Below are positions 39,583 through 49,363 of a DNA stretch of 64,000 nucleotides, one piece after another. The notes beneath the pieces are model-generated. The model was given only the letters and a program-made list of their open reading frames with translations. It had not been told where the DNA came from and ran no database searches. Each line of letters starts with the position of its first letter. Position 1 is the stretch's first letter. Source of the DNA: Gemmatimonas sp. (GTDB lineage Bacteria; Gemmatimonadota; Gemmatimonadetes; Gemmatimonadales; Gemmatimonadaceae). The translations under genes and the position numbers were made by a program. The DNA is taken from positions 1,248,001-1,312,000 of the forward strand of contig OZ257156.1 in the NCBI GenBank assembly GCA_965279375.1, given 5' to 3'.

Positions 39583-39725
39583 TCCGTCGGGACGCCGCGT
39601 TCGCCGTCCGCGCATAGCCCCGGTGCCGCGAAGGGCCCCGAGTGACGGTCCCCCGTTCGCATGACCGCGGCGTTGCGTCGCGCGACCGGCTCGCGTGGCC
39701 GCGACACTGCGCCGCACGTGCCGCC

Positions 39726-39845
39726 ATCTAACCTCACGTTGGTGCAGTCAGCCGCTCAGCGGTGCGCCGTGTAACGCGCGCACTGGCGTGCGCTCGTTCA
39801 CGGCTTCCTATTCTGAGCGGCCGCTGCACAACGTAAGCGTTAGAC
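39726..39845 (+). repeat. attC site (family B)
   Basis: ATCTAAC...GTTAGAC. Confidence 0.93.
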
Positions 39846-39855
39846 ATCTTGAACC

Positions 39856-40323
39856 ATGAATAGCACATTCGAAGCAATCATCGCGTCGTTCGAACCGAAG
39901 CTCCAGCAACTCACGGCGATGCCGCTCTGTGATCCGCTTGCGCTGCCTGCCGATGCGCCCATTGCTGGCGTCTACGTTCTGTTCGAGAACGACGAGCCGC
40001 TGTATGTCGGACGCAGCAATCGGCTCCGGAAACGGCTAGGCAATCATTGTCGCGAAGGTGCGACGCACAAGATGGCGGCGTTCGCATTTCGACTGGCCAG
40101 AGTCGAGACAGGCAACCTCAAGGCCACCTACAGGCCCGAGGGGTCTCGGAGTGCGCTAATGAAGGATCCGACCTTCGCCCACGCCTTTGCTGAGGCGAAG
40201 TCGCGTATTCGTCGCATGCGTGTGCGGTACGTGGCCGAAGCCCAGCCAACACATCAAGCATTGCTCGAGATCTACGTTGCGATCGCGATGAGGACGCCGT
40301 TCAATGACTTCGAAACACACTGA
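39856..40323 (+). CDS. GIY-YIG nuclease
   Basis: GVY...LYVGRS.RLRKRL..H; LLE; PFN. Confidence 0.88.
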   Translation: MNSTFEAIIASFEPKLQQLTAMPLCDPLALPADAPIAGVYVLFENDEPLYVGRSNRLRKRLGNHCREGATHKMAAFAFRLARVETGNLKATYRPEGSRSALMKDPTFAHAFAEAKSRIRRMRVRYVAEAQPTHQALLEIYVAIAMRTPFNDFETH

Positions 40324-40355
40324 GACGTTCTCTACTCCTGAACTCCTGTGGAGCT

Positions 40356-40910
40356 ATGGCAAGTATCCTCCCTCGGCTCGCCGAACTCAGTGAAGCGATC
40401 GACGAGAATCTCGCGAAGCATCGAGTGCTCCCCACGCTTGCCCTCCTTTACACTGCAATCGACGTCCTGGCGTCGCTAGAGCGAAGGGCGAATGAAGGCG
40501 TCCAGTCCGCGTTTGTGCGATGGACCGATGAGTTTCTGATCGCAGGTCAGACGCTCCCGTATTCAGCAATAGATCTCTACGCGGCCCGTTGTGGAATTCT
40601 ACATGCTTACTCGGCTGACTCAGACTTGGCGAGGAGAGGCAAGGCGAAGCCGATCCTGTACGCGTGGGGGCGCGCAAATGCAGATTTCCTCGCACATAGG
40701 ATTGCCGTCTCCGGCACGGCGGCAATCGGAATCCATCTAGATGATCTGGTGTCAGCGTTTCACCGGGCCGTGACCCGAATGCTAGACGTCATGGACGCAG
40801 CGCCCCTCAGGCGGGCCGGAATTGAGCACGCGGCGGACGCCTGGTTCGCCGATGTCGGGATAGGCGCTCTTGAGGCGGAGAAGGAAGATCTCCGTGGAGG
40901 CGATGTCTAA
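40356..40910 (+). CDS. HEPN-like protein
   Basis: YTAID and ARCGILH (Rx4H) motifs; TAA in R''. Confidence 0.65.
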   Translation: MASILPRLAELSEAIDENLAKHRVLPTLALLYTAIDVLASLERRANEGVQSAFVRWTDEFLIAGQTLPYSAIDLYAARCGILHAYSADSDLARRGKAKPILYAWGRANADFLAHRIAVSGTAAIGIHLDDLVSAFHRAVTRMLDVMDAAPLRRAGIEHAADAWFADVGIGALEAEKEDLRGGDV

Positions 40911-41023
40911 CCTTGCGTTGGTGCAGACAGCCGCTCAGCGGTGCGCCGTGTAACTGCGGCGCTGGCGCGCCTCCGTTCACGGCTTCCTATTTGAGCGGCT
41001 GCTGCACAACGCCATCGTTAGCG
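40905..41023 (+). repeat. attC site (family B)
   Basis: GTCTAAC...GTTAGCG. Confidence 0.93.
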
Positions 41024-41153
41024 AGCCTGCGCTGCTGGCATCACCACGATGACGAGTGCTGGTGCGCGTGGCGTAGATCGGCGGAGTCTGGCACGCTCCG
41101 TTGCGTGGGACCACGCGGTCCCCGCCGATGTGGCCGCCACCGCGGGTGACGGG

Positions 41154-41183
41154 TTGGCGCCGGATTCCGTGAGCCGTTATAAT
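41154..41183 (+). promoter_or_regulatory. Promoter TTGGCG-18-TATAAT, likely leaderless higB transcript
   Basis: -10 box ends 7 nt before GTG start. Confidence 0.6.
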
Positions 41184-41190
41184 AGTAGGT

Positions 41191-41484
41191 GTGATACGCA
41201 CCTTTGCCGATCTGGCCACCGAAGACCTGTTCAATGGCGTCGATAGCCGGCGGGCGCGGCAGGCGTGTCCGAACACGCTCTGGGCGGTGGTCGCGCGGAA
41301 GCTGACGCAGCTCAATCGCGTGCGCGAACTCCGAGAGCTGGCCATTCCACCCGGCAACCGGCTGGAAGCGCTCAAGGGATCACGGCGCGGGCAGCACAGT
41401 ATCCGCATCAACGATCAGTACCGGATCTGCTTCCGGTGGGAGGAAGGCCATGCCGACGCGGTCGAAGTCACGGACTACCACTAA
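41191..41484 (+). CDS. higB: HigB-like (RelE/ParE) toxin
   Basis: PPGNRLEALKG, HSIRINDQYRICFRW, DYH. Confidence 0.93.
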   Translation: MIRTFADLATEDLFNGVDSRRARQACPNTLWAVVARKLTQLNRVRELRELAIPPGNRLEALKGSRRGQHSIRINDQYRICFRWEEGHADAVEVTDYH

Positions 41485-41497
41485 GTCGACGCCGTTG

Positions 41498-41812
41498 GTG
41501 CAGCGCCGCTTGCCCACGCATCGGCCCCCGACGCATCCCGGCGAGATGCTGCTCGAGGAATTCCTCAAGCCGCTCGGGCTGTCGCAGTCCGCGTTCGCCC
41601 TGCAGCTCGGCGTGTCGTTTCCGCGCCTGAACGAGGTGATCCATGCGAAGCGCAGCGTCACGCCGGATACGGCGTTGCGGCTCGCCCAGGTCACGGGCAT
41701 GAGCGCGGACTTCTGGCTCGGGCTCCAGCAGGACTGGGATCTGTGGCATGCGCTGCGCTCGAAGGAGGCCGCCCAGATCGCGCGCCTCAAGCCTTTGTCG
41801 CGCGCGAGTTAG
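41498..41812 (+). CDS. higA: HigA-family antitoxin
   Basis: HPGEMLLEEFL, DTALRL, FWLGLQ. Confidence 0.93.
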   Translation: MQRRLPTHRPPTHPGEMLLEEFLKPLGLSQSAFALQLGVSFPRLNEVIHAKRSVTPDTALRLAQVTGMSADFWLGLQQDWDLWHALRSKEAAQIARLKPLSRAS

Positions 41813-41828
41813 TCGGCCGATGACGGCT

Positions 41829-41938
41829 CGCTAACAGGGCGTTGCGGCAGACAGCGGCGTCATGGAGTGCTCCCTGTTCGCTGCGCTCACTGGTCGCGTC
41901 TTATTGAATGCCGCTGCTGCCGAACGCAATCGTTAGAT
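41829..41938 (+). repeat. attC site (family A variant)
   Basis: CGCTAAC...GTTAGAT. Confidence 0.92.
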
Positions 41939-42215
41939 GGCGGCACGACGATTCTCGCACGAGGAACTCCCCGCGCAGCATCACTGCATCGACCCAGCTG
42001 CCAATGGTGTCGCGTTGACGAGCTAGTGATTGAACGTGGCCTCACGCTCGCACGCGAAGCAGACCGCGCTCGTCGACGACGCGGGTCCGCGCGCGCCTCG
42101 TCCCGCGATCGCGCCCGGCTGCGGTGTCGCACACGCCCTTGCGAGCGTTCGGGCGCGGTGGCCTATTGGAGAGGCGCGCGTCGCGCGCGCTGTGACAGGA
42201 CTCTTGGATTTCCGC

Positions 42216-42488
42216 ATGAACACTGCCCAGACGCTCGGCTTCGCCGCCACGTGGTTCACCTTCGGGATGGCGCGCATCGTGTTCACGTCCCGAATGGTCG
42301 AACTCCGCACCGACCATCCGGATCCCACCCAAGCGGTCGCGTTCACGCGGGCGGCGGCCAAGCAGCGGGTCAACGCGGCGAACTATGATGCGCGCGGACG
42401 GCGCCTGCTGCCGTGGTATCGGGCCGTCACGACCACCTACTGGTGCCTCGTGGCCGGCGCGTGCTGGGGCGCGGTGCATTTCCGCTAA
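42216..42488 (+). CDS. Small membrane protein
   Basis: two hydrophobic segments; start uncertain. Confidence 0.55.
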   Translation: MNTAQTLGFAATWFTFGMARIVFTSRMVELRTDHPDPTQAVAFTRAAAKQRVNAANYDARGRRLLPWYRAVTTTYWCLVAGACWGAVHFR

Positions 42489-42601
42489 GCGTCGGCGTCA
42501 TGGGCCCGCGATGCGCGCGCTGCGTCTGTCTGCCAAGGGCGGGCCATTCCGGTGCCGGGGCCAGTCGGCGCGGCGGCGAGATCACGCCGTCAACCGCCGA
42601 C

Positions 42602-42712
42602 ATCTAACCTTGCGTTGCTGCAGACAGGGCCTTCAAGGAGTGCCACCTTGCTCGCTGCGCTCGCTGGTGGCATCCTGTTGAAGGGCCCTGCAGCAGAACG
42701 CGAGCGTTAGGT
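42602..42712 (+). repeat. attC site (family A)
   Basis: ATCTAAC...GTTAGGT. Confidence 0.93.
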
Positions 42713-42746
42713 AGCGCTTCGACGGCTTGAGACGCAGACTTTTCCG

Positions 42747-43523
42747 ATGCTCGCTCACGCGCGTCGTGTCCTAGTCATCGTACTCGGTGTCTGCCTGTGG
42801 GCGGTCAGTTTGCCGACGCGGGCGCTCGCGCAGCAGGCGGCGTTGCTCGGGACGGTCTTGGAGGACTCGACGGAGCGGCCCATCGTCAACGCTGAGATCG
42901 CCATCCCTGCGCTGCAGCGTCTGGTGCGCAGCGACTCGGCCGGCAACTTCAGCCTCAGCGGCATTCCGTCGGGCGTATACCGGGTGACGGTGCGCGCCGT
43001 CGGCCGTGCCCCGCTGCAGGAGACGATTGCATTTGGGACGGCCGGGCGGATTGAACGCGATTACCTCCTCGCCCGCGCCACGACAACGCTCGAGCAGGTG
43101 GACGTGCGGGCGGACGCGACCGTGGAGGATGTTCGCTTGGCCGAGTTCCATGCGCGCCGACGGTTCGGCACCGGGCGGTTCGTGACGCAGGAGGTGTTGG
43201 CGCAAGCGGACGGGCGGGCACTAGCCGACGTGCTGGCGAGTCGCATTCCCGGGCTGCGCAGCGAGTCGATGGGGGGCAACCAACGCGCGATGGTCAGTGC
43301 CCGGGGGGTGATCAGCTTCCGCAGTCAGCGCTGCTACGTGAAGGTCATGGTCGACCGCATCCTGCGCTACAACGGCACCCCCGACCCCCTGTTCGACATC
43401 AACACGCTCGATCCGGCGACGCTCGTGGGGGTGGAGTACTACACGACCGCGCAAGTGCCCGCCGAGTTCAACGGCACAGGCTCACCGTGTGGCACGCTCG
43501 TGATTTGGACGCGCATGCGCTAA
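42747..43523 (+). CDS. Carboxypeptidase-regulatory-like + plug-like protein, copy 2
   Basis: paralogue of 34675. Confidence 0.85.
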   Translation: MLAHARRVLVIVLGVCLWAVSLPTRALAQQAALLGTVLEDSTERPIVNAEIAIPALQRLVRSDSAGNFSLSGIPSGVYRVTVRAVGRAPLQETIAFGTAGRIERDYLLARATTTLEQVDVRADATVEDVRLAEFHARRRFGTGRFVTQEVLAQADGRALADVLASRIPGLRSESMGGNQRAMVSARGVISFRSQRCYVKVMVDRILRYNGTPDPLFDINTLDPATLVGVEYYTTAQVPAEFNGTGSPCGTLVIWTRMR

Positions 43524-43573
43524 GGTCGCGTCCTCCTGGTGCGGCCGCGGCATCACGCATCGCGTCACGCGCT

Positions 43574-43692
43574 ACCTAACCTCACGTTGGTGCAGACAGC
43601 CGCTCAGCGGTGCGCCGTGTAACTGCGGCGCTGGCGCGCCTCCGTTCACGGCTTCCTATTGGAGCGGCTGCTGCACAACGTAAGCGTTAGGC
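43574..43692 (+). repeat. attC site (family B)
   Basis: ACCTAAC...GTTAGGC. Confidence 0.93.
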
Positions 43693-43750
43693 ATCTCGCG
43701 GCTAATCCGGCGCAACCCAATACTCGATGCGCTTTCCCGGAGTGCTCCCG

Positions 43751-44098
43751 ATGTCCTACATGCGCTTTCCGACCTACATCTGGCAGGACCACGCGCGCGT
43801 GCACTTCTGGGTGCCGGACGGCGCGGACGGATGGGAGGAGTCTGGCTGGGGCTACGCTGTGCGCGAGTCCACCGACGTCGCGCACGCGACCGACGCTCAC
43901 CCCGGTGGCGTCGGAGTACCCCAAGATGTCGTCGATGCGTTCGTCATGATGCGCGTCGCGGAGCTCGTGCGCGACGGCCACATCGACACGGCGATTGATC
44001 GAGCGCTCGCGCAGGCCGGCAATGGGGGCAGTTTGGCGCTAGTCGAGCATGCCGACACCCTCCGGCAGGCCCTCAAGGGGATCGTCCCCACCCCGTAA
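43751..44098 (+). CDS. Hypothetical protein
   Basis: GGAG RBS before ATG; GC3-rich frame. Confidence 0.65.
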   Translation: MSYMRFPTYIWQDHARVHFWVPDGADGWEESGWGYAVRESTDVAHATDAHPGGVGVPQDVVDAFVMMRVAELVRDGHIDTAIDRALAQAGNGGSLALVEHADTLRQALKGIVPTP

Positions 44099-44099
44099 G

Positions 44100-44128
44100 T
44101 TGACCATCGTATATGCCTGGCATATACT
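44100..44128 (+). promoter_or_regulatory. Promoter TTGACC-17-TATACT with operator palindrome GTATATGCC-T-GGCATATAC
   Basis: perfect 9-bp inverted repeat at 44109-44127; -10 ends 6 nt before GTG. Confidence 0.75.
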
Positions 44129-44134
44129 TCACGG

Positions 44135-44473
44135 GTGACCGACGCGATCGACGCGCTGCTGGCCAGCGCCACCGGGTTCGACTGGGATGCGGGGAACGCC
44201 CCCAAGGTGCAGGCGCGCCACCAAGTGGATCCCGGCGAGTGTGAGCAGGCGTTCTTCGTGGATCCCTTCATTGTGGCCGCCGATGCGACGCACTCGCAGC
44301 GCGAAGCCCGCTGGTACGCGCTCGGCCGGACCTTCGCGAATCGATACCTGTATCTCGTCTTTACGATGCGCGGATCGCTGATTCGAGTGATCAGCGCGCG
44401 TCCCATGAACCGGAAGGAGCGCCGAGTCTATGTCCAAACCCAAGCACGTGAAGAAGGCGATCCCGCGCGCTAA
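44135..44473 (+). CDS. brnT: BrnT-family toxin
   Basis: GFDWD.GN, HS..E.R, IRVISAR. Confidence 0.9.
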   Translation: MTDAIDALLASATGFDWDAGNAPKVQARHQVDPGECEQAFFVDPFIVAADATHSQREARWYALGRTFANRYLYLVFTMRGSLIRVISARPMNRKERRVYVQTQAREEGDPAR

Positions 44474-44735
44474 GTCGGAGGAGGCGGAGCGCGAGTTTTG
44501 GGCGACTGCGGACTCCACCGAGTACGTCGACTGGACCGCGGCGCGTGCAGTCAGGTTTCCGCTGCTCAAGCCGTCCACAACGGCGATCTCCGTGCGGTTG
44601 CCGGACACGTTGCTGACGGAGCTCAAGATCCTCGCGAACGAGCGCGACGTGCCGTATCAGAGCTTGCTCAAGGTGTATCTCGCCGACCGTATCGCGACGG
44701 AGCGACGGCAACAGCGGCGCAAGCTCGAAGCCTAA
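44430..44735 (+). CDS. BrnA/CopG-like antitoxin
   Basis: EREFW, ISVRL, VPYQSLLK. Confidence 0.88.
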   Translation: MSKPKHVKKAIPRAKSEEAEREFWATADSTEYVDWTAARAVRFPLLKPSTTAISVRLPDTLLTELKILANERDVPYQSLLKVYLADRIATERRQQRRKLEA

Positions 44736-44868
44736 CCTTGCGTTGCTGCAGCAAACGCTGCCGGCATCGGCGTGGCGACCGCGGGGCGTTCGCTGTAACC
44801 TCACAGGGCGGTGCGAACGCCCCGCTTGCGTCCGTGTGGGCGTTTGCTGCAGAACGCGAGCGTTAGAG
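44730..44868 (+). repeat. attC site (long outlier, 139 bp)
   Basis: GCCTAAC...GTTAGAG; unique centre. Confidence 0.88.
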
Positions 44869-45094
44869 AGCGAACCGCGAATCCGTGATTGTTTGAGGGG
44901 CGAGTGCGGCATCGCTGCGTCGGCAAGCGACGTATCCGCGGCCTTCGTGCGTGTCTGGGAGCACCGCGCCAGCCGACCGCCCCAACGGTCACTGGCGCGC
45001 CGGCCCGGGGGGCCGCCGACTTCCCGCGTGTCGACCCGATTCGCCCGAACGAGCCCTGCTGTCGGTCCCCAATCCAGCGCGCTAGGATTCATCC

Positions 45095-45331
45095 ATGCCG
45101 ACCGTGCTGCGGGTGGAGGGGTATCGGTTCTTCTTCTACAGCAATGAGCGGGGCGAGCCCGCCCACATTCATGTAGAACAGGCCGAGCGGTACGCCAAGT
45201 TCTGGCTCGCCGATGTCACCCTGGCCGAATCCCGCGGTCTTCGGAGTGCGGAGCTCTCGGCGCTCCGTCGGCTGGTGTTTGCACATCGCATTCAGCTTCA
45301 GGAGGCGTGGGATGGGCACTTCAGCCGTTAA
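45095..45331 (+). CDS. DUF4160 toxin-like protein
   Basis: GYRFFFYSNE..EPAHIHV. Confidence 0.9.
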   Translation: MPTVLRVEGYRFFFYSNERGEPAHIHVEQAERYAKFWLADVTLAESRGLRSAELSALRRLVFAHRIQLQEAWDGHFSR

Positions 45332-45554
45332 GATCGAGCCGCTGGTCGTCGCGGTCACCTGCTCGGACGTCGCCCTCCGGGTCGAACTCGCGGATGGGCG
45401 CGAGATCGTCGCCCCCTTAGAGTGGTTCCCGCGCCTGCGCGACGCGACCGCAGCGCAGCGCGCGAATTGGCGCCCGATCGGCGGCGGCGTCGGCATGCAT
45501 TGGCCGGAGCTGGACGAAGATCTCTCGGTCGCCGGGCTCCTCGCGACGCACTGA
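45312..45554 (+). CDS. DUF2442 antitoxin-like protein
   Basis: DGR...PL.WFPRL, HWPELDEDLSV. Confidence 0.9.
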   Translation: MGTSAVKIEPLVVAVTCSDVALRVELADGREIVAPLEWFPRLRDATAAQRANWRPIGGGVGMHWPELDEDLSVAGLLATH

Positions 45555-45580
45555 CGCCACTCCGGCGTCGTTTGTTCGCT

Positions 45581-45690
45581 CTCTAACCTTGCGTTGCGGC
45601 TGACAGGGCCTTCACGGAGTGCTCCCTGTTCGCTGCGCTCACTGGTCGCCTCCTGTTGAAGGGCCCTGCAGCCGAACGCGAACGTTAGGC
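45581..45690 (+). repeat. attC site (family A)
   Basis: CTCTAAC...GTTAGGC. Confidence 0.93.
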
Positions 45691-45745
45691 AGCAGTACTG
45701 CGCTTTCACATTCTGATACTTCACGCGCGTCATGGCGGAGTCGGC

Positions 45746-46354
45746 ATGAGTGCTCGCAACGGCGTCTGGCCGCGTCGCGTGGTCACGTGGATCGCTCTCG
45801 GCGGGCTGGTCGCGTGCGGCGGCGATCGTTCTGAAGCGCAGCCGGACGGCCCCGTGGGGCTGTCGCTTCTGGATCGCGTGCCGCTCTCGACCACGCCGGC
45901 ACTCGCGGTGATGACGCCCGCTGTGCAGCGCGGTGTCACGCGGGTTTCCGCGGAGCGCGCGAGTGACTTCGTCACGGTGCAGCAAGGGGCGTCCGCCCCA
46001 GACAGTCTCCAGTTGCCGCGCTTGCGCCGATGGGGGGCAACGCGGTCCGAGCCGGTGCTCACACGCTTTCTCGACGACTCGCTGGTGGCGGTGATTCACG
46101 CGGATGTCGAGGGTGCGCCGCCGCCGTCGCGTAGTGCACACTATCTCTCGCTCGTAAATGTACGAACCGGACAGGTCTGTCTCGACCTCCCGTTGCCGGT
46201 CCGTGCAGTGCGGCCGCCGCACTTTGCCTGGCAGGCCGATACCCTCATCGCCACGGTGCCGACCACCGAAACGAGCGGAGGCGCCGCGGAGCGCGTCCGC
46301 TTCGCGTTGGATGCGGCGAAGTGTCCGTGGAACTACGTGGCCCGCGCGCGATGA
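45746..46354 (+). CDS. Lipoprotein
   Basis: LVAC lipobox; GGAG RBS. Confidence 0.7.
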   Translation: MSARNGVWPRRVVTWIALGGLVACGGDRSEAQPDGPVGLSLLDRVPLSTTPALAVMTPAVQRGVTRVSAERASDFVTVQQGASAPDSLQLPRLRRWGATRSEPVLTRFLDDSLVAVIHADVEGAPPPSRSAHYLSLVNVRTGQVCLDLPLPVRAVRPPHFAWQADTLIATVPTTETSGGAAERVRFALDAAKCPWNYVARAR

Positions 46355-46374
46355 GGTCGGCGTGGGGCACTGCT

Positions 46375-46485
46375 GCCTAACACGGCGTTGCGGTTGACAG
46401 GGCCATTAAGGATGGTGGCCTGTTCGCTGTCGCTCACTGGCCACAACTTATGGAAGGGCCCTGCAACCGAACGCAATCGTTAGAT
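46375..46485 (+). repeat. attC site (family A)
   Basis: GCCTAAC...GTTAGAT. Confidence 0.93.
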
Positions 46486-46626
46486 GGCGGCTCAGAGACT
46501 GGTGTGATCGCGAGCGAGTAGTGCGAGATTGTGTGAGTGGTGTTGCGGGAATCCGGCATTGTGGTGTCGGTCGTCTGTCGCTGGTGGCGCCCTACAAGCT
46601 TCGTGACTTCCAATGGGAGGTGTGTA

Positions 46627-46920
46627 ATGGCCGAAACGCAGGACGTGCCGCGTGCAGCGACGTCCCCGGAAGGCCGCGTCCTGCGTCTCGTCGGGGCACT
46701 GATTGCGGGGATTGACCTCGTGCTCGCGTGGTCTGACAAGCGCGCTGGGCACGCCGTGCCGTGGAGCGCGTGGGCGAAGCCGCTCTGGCTGGTGGCCCTG
46801 CTGGTGCTCGCGGAACCGAGCGTCGCGCAGCGCTGGCCGCAACGACAGCGCGTCGGCGTAGTCGTGCTGGGAGTGGTCGGGGTGTGTCTCGTCGTCTTGC
46901 GCCTCGCCACGCGCGACTAG
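46627..46920 (+). CDS. Small 3-TM membrane protein
   Basis: GGGAGG RBS; paralogue of 39286. Confidence 0.75.
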   Translation: MAETQDVPRAATSPEGRVLRLVGALIAGIDLVLAWSDKRAGHAVPWSAWAKPLWLVALLVLAEPSVAQRWPQRQRVGVVVLGVVGVCLVVLRLATRD

Positions 46921-47134
46921 TCGCGCAGTCGCGCGCACTTCGGCGAATCCGCAAACCATTGTGCGCCGTGACGCGCTCTCCCGCTCGGGCCGGTCCGACA
47001 ACGCAAGGTCGCACTGACCGACCGGACCTCCCCGCCGATGCCGGGGCCGTGTGACGGTGTCCGGTTCGCGTTCCCGCGAGTTCGCACCGCGCGACGGGCC
47101 CGCGCACGCGCGACATCACGCACGACTTGCCGCC

Positions 47135-47253
47135 ATCTAACCTCGCGTTGTTGCAGCCAGCCGCTCAGCGGTGCGCCGTGTAACTGCGGCGCTGGCGCGC
47201 CTCCGTTCACGGCTTCCTATTTGAGCAGCTGCTGCAAAACGCAATCGTTAGGC
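47135..47253 (+). repeat. attC site (family B)
   Basis: ATCTAAC...GTTAGGC. Confidence 0.93.
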
Positions 47254-47406
47254 AACACGCCAAGATCTCTACCGTACGAATGACCGGTGTGGCCATTCCA
47301 CCACATGGTGAACCCTCTGGGCGGCGACATGGGTATGCGTACCGTGTCTCAGCCTCCCCGAAGCCGCGCTCTGAAGCGCGAATTCACCAGTGAAATCTCC
47401 CCCCCA

Positions 47407-47808
47407 ATGCCACGTTCGCCCGTTCCCTCCGCGCAGGTTCCTCGTCGCCAACTTGCGACGCTCGCTGGCCTTGCCCTTGGCACGCTCTTCGTCTCGGCGT
47501 GCGCCGACAAGGTGGTCGCGGTTTGCACGTCTGATCCGGTACGCCTCAGCGTCACGCCATCGTCTCGAACGCTCGGCGTCGGAGAGACCGTCGTTCCGAC
47601 CGTCGTCGCACGCAAATGCGGTGGCATGGTGGACACGCCGTTCCTCGGCGATTGGGTGGCGCGCGATACCCTCGTGGCAACGGTCGATAGCCGGACGGGG
47701 CGCACGACCGCCCGTCAGGCTGGGCAAACGCAGATCGTGGCGCGGTACTTCGATCGGCCCGACGCACCCACGTTCAGCGCCGATTCCATGGCGCTCATCG
47801 TCCGGTAG
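47407..47808 (+). CDS. Ig-like (Big_2-type) lipoprotein
   Basis: VSAC lipobox; VTPSS.TL.VGET, W...VATVD. Confidence 0.7.
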   Translation: MPRSPVPSAQVPRRQLATLAGLALGTLFVSACADKVVAVCTSDPVRLSVTPSSRTLGVGETVVPTVVARKCGGMVDTPFLGDWVARDTLVATVDSRTGRTTARQAGQTQIVARYFDRPDAPTFSADSMALIVR

Positions 47809-47896
47809 GCGTAAATCCTTGGTGGGTGTCCATACAGGATCGTCCGCCACCGGTGCGATGGGGCGAGACCCATGTCGGCGTGGTACCGACCGTGTT

Positions 47897-48006
47897 GCCT
47901 AACAGTGCGTTGCTGCAGTCGGCGGCTTCAAGGATTGCTCCCTGTTCGCTGCGCTCACTGGTCGCAACCTATTGAAAGCCGCCGCTGCAGAACGCAATCG
48001 TTAGAG
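47897..48006 (+). repeat. attC site (family A variant)
   Basis: GCCTAAC...GTTAGAG. Confidence 0.92.
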
Positions 48007-48038
48007 AGCCCACCGCCCCCACATCCAAACATCGGCTC

Positions 48039-48743
48039 GTGAACCTCGCGGTCTTCGATATCGACGGCGCGCTGCTCAACAATCTGGCCGGGGAAGACGC
48101 GTGCTACGCGCAGGCGCTACGCGAGCAGTTGGCGCTGGAAGACCTCGACACCGACTGGGCCAGTTACGAGCACGTGTCCGACGATGGCATCGCGACCGAG
48201 GCCTACGCGCGGGCGTATGGATGCCCCCCGACCGCCGTGCTGCGTACCGCGACGATTGATCACTTCGTGGCGCTCCTGCGCGCGGCTCATGTGTCGTCCG
48301 CGCCGCTGGTTGCCTTGCGCGGTGCGCACGAGTTGCTCACCGCGCTCCCGGCGCGCCGGTGGGCGGTCGCGTTGGCGACCGGGGCGTGGCGTCGCGCAGC
48401 GGAGTACAAGCTCGCGGCGGCGGGACTGCCGATCGCCGACGTGCCGCTGGCGACGTCGGAAGATGGTCCGGCCCGCGTGGCGATCGTCACCAGCGCCATC
48501 GCACGCGCGCAGGCTCAGTGGGGCGTCCCCGAGTTTGCCCGCGTGATCGCGATCGGCGATGGGGTCTGGGACGTGCGGGCGGCAGAGGCGCTCGCCCTAC
48601 CGTTCGCTGGGGTGGGCGTGGGGCCATCGGTCGCTCGCTTGCGCGGAGCGGGGGCATCGCACATCATCGCGGACTACGCGGATCTGGCGGGCACGCTCCG
48701 AGTGTTCGACGAGGTGCAAGTTCCTCGCAGGGCGGCTCTCTAA
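48039..48743 (+). CDS. HAD-family hydrolase, copy 3
   Basis: FDIDGAL (motif I T>A). Confidence 0.88.
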   Translation: MNLAVFDIDGALLNNLAGEDACYAQALREQLALEDLDTDWASYEHVSDDGIATEAYARAYGCPPTAVLRTATIDHFVALLRAAHVSSAPLVALRGAHELLTALPARRWAVALATGAWRRAAEYKLAAAGLPIADVPLATSEDGPARVAIVTSAIARAQAQWGVPEFARVIAIGDGVWDVRAAEALALPFAGVGVGPSVARLRGAGASHIIADYADLAGTLRVFDEVQVPRRAAL

Positions 48744-48847
48744 CCCGGCGTTGCGGCAGTCAGGGCCTTCAGGGATGGCTCCCTGTTCGCTGCGCTCACT
48801 GGTCGCATTCTATGGAAGGGCCCTGCAAGCGAACGCGGTCGTTAGAT
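48738..48847 (+). repeat. attC site (family A)
   Basis: CTCTAAC...GTTAGAT. Confidence 0.92.
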
Positions 48848-48883
48848 GGCGCCCTGATGTTGAACCACAACCCGAGCACTCCG

Positions 48884-49225
48884 ATGCGGTTGCACCCGAC
48901 GGCGGTCTTTGCGATGGTCGGGTTGCTGTTCATCGTCATGGCGCTGCCGCTCATCCGGCGCCGCGTCCCGCCGTACGGCCTGTACGGCGTCCGCATTCCC
49001 GCGACCCTCGCCGACGAGGGCGTGTGGTACGCGGTGAACGCGCAGAGTGGGCGCGACCTGCGCCTCCTGGGCGCGGTGGTGGTCGTACTCGCGCTCGCGG
49101 TGTGGGCGCTGGGATGGCCGGTGTCGCGGCAGCTGCTGGTCCTGCTCGCGGCCCTCACCGGTGGCACGCTCGTGGGCGTCGGGCGCGCCTTCCGTCATGC
49201 GAACCGCCTTCCGCGCGAGCGGTAG
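48884..49225 (+). CDS. SdpI/YhfL-family membrane protein
   Basis: YGVRIPATL....WYAVN. Confidence 0.8.
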   Translation: MRLHPTAVFAMVGLLFIVMALPLIRRRVPPYGLYGVRIPATLADEGVWYAVNAQSGRDLRLLGAVVVVLALAVWALGWPVSRQLLVLLAALTGGTLVGVGRAFRHANRLPRER

Positions 49226-49363
49226 TGCGACCGTCACCGCCGGCCTAGTGCCTATATGCGCGTGCGTCGAGCGCGGCACATCTGACGCTTGGCCGCGTTC
49301 GGCGTATACCGTACCACCGAGCCGCCGATGGTCAGACAGTCCCCTTGCTGACGGAGTGCCCGC

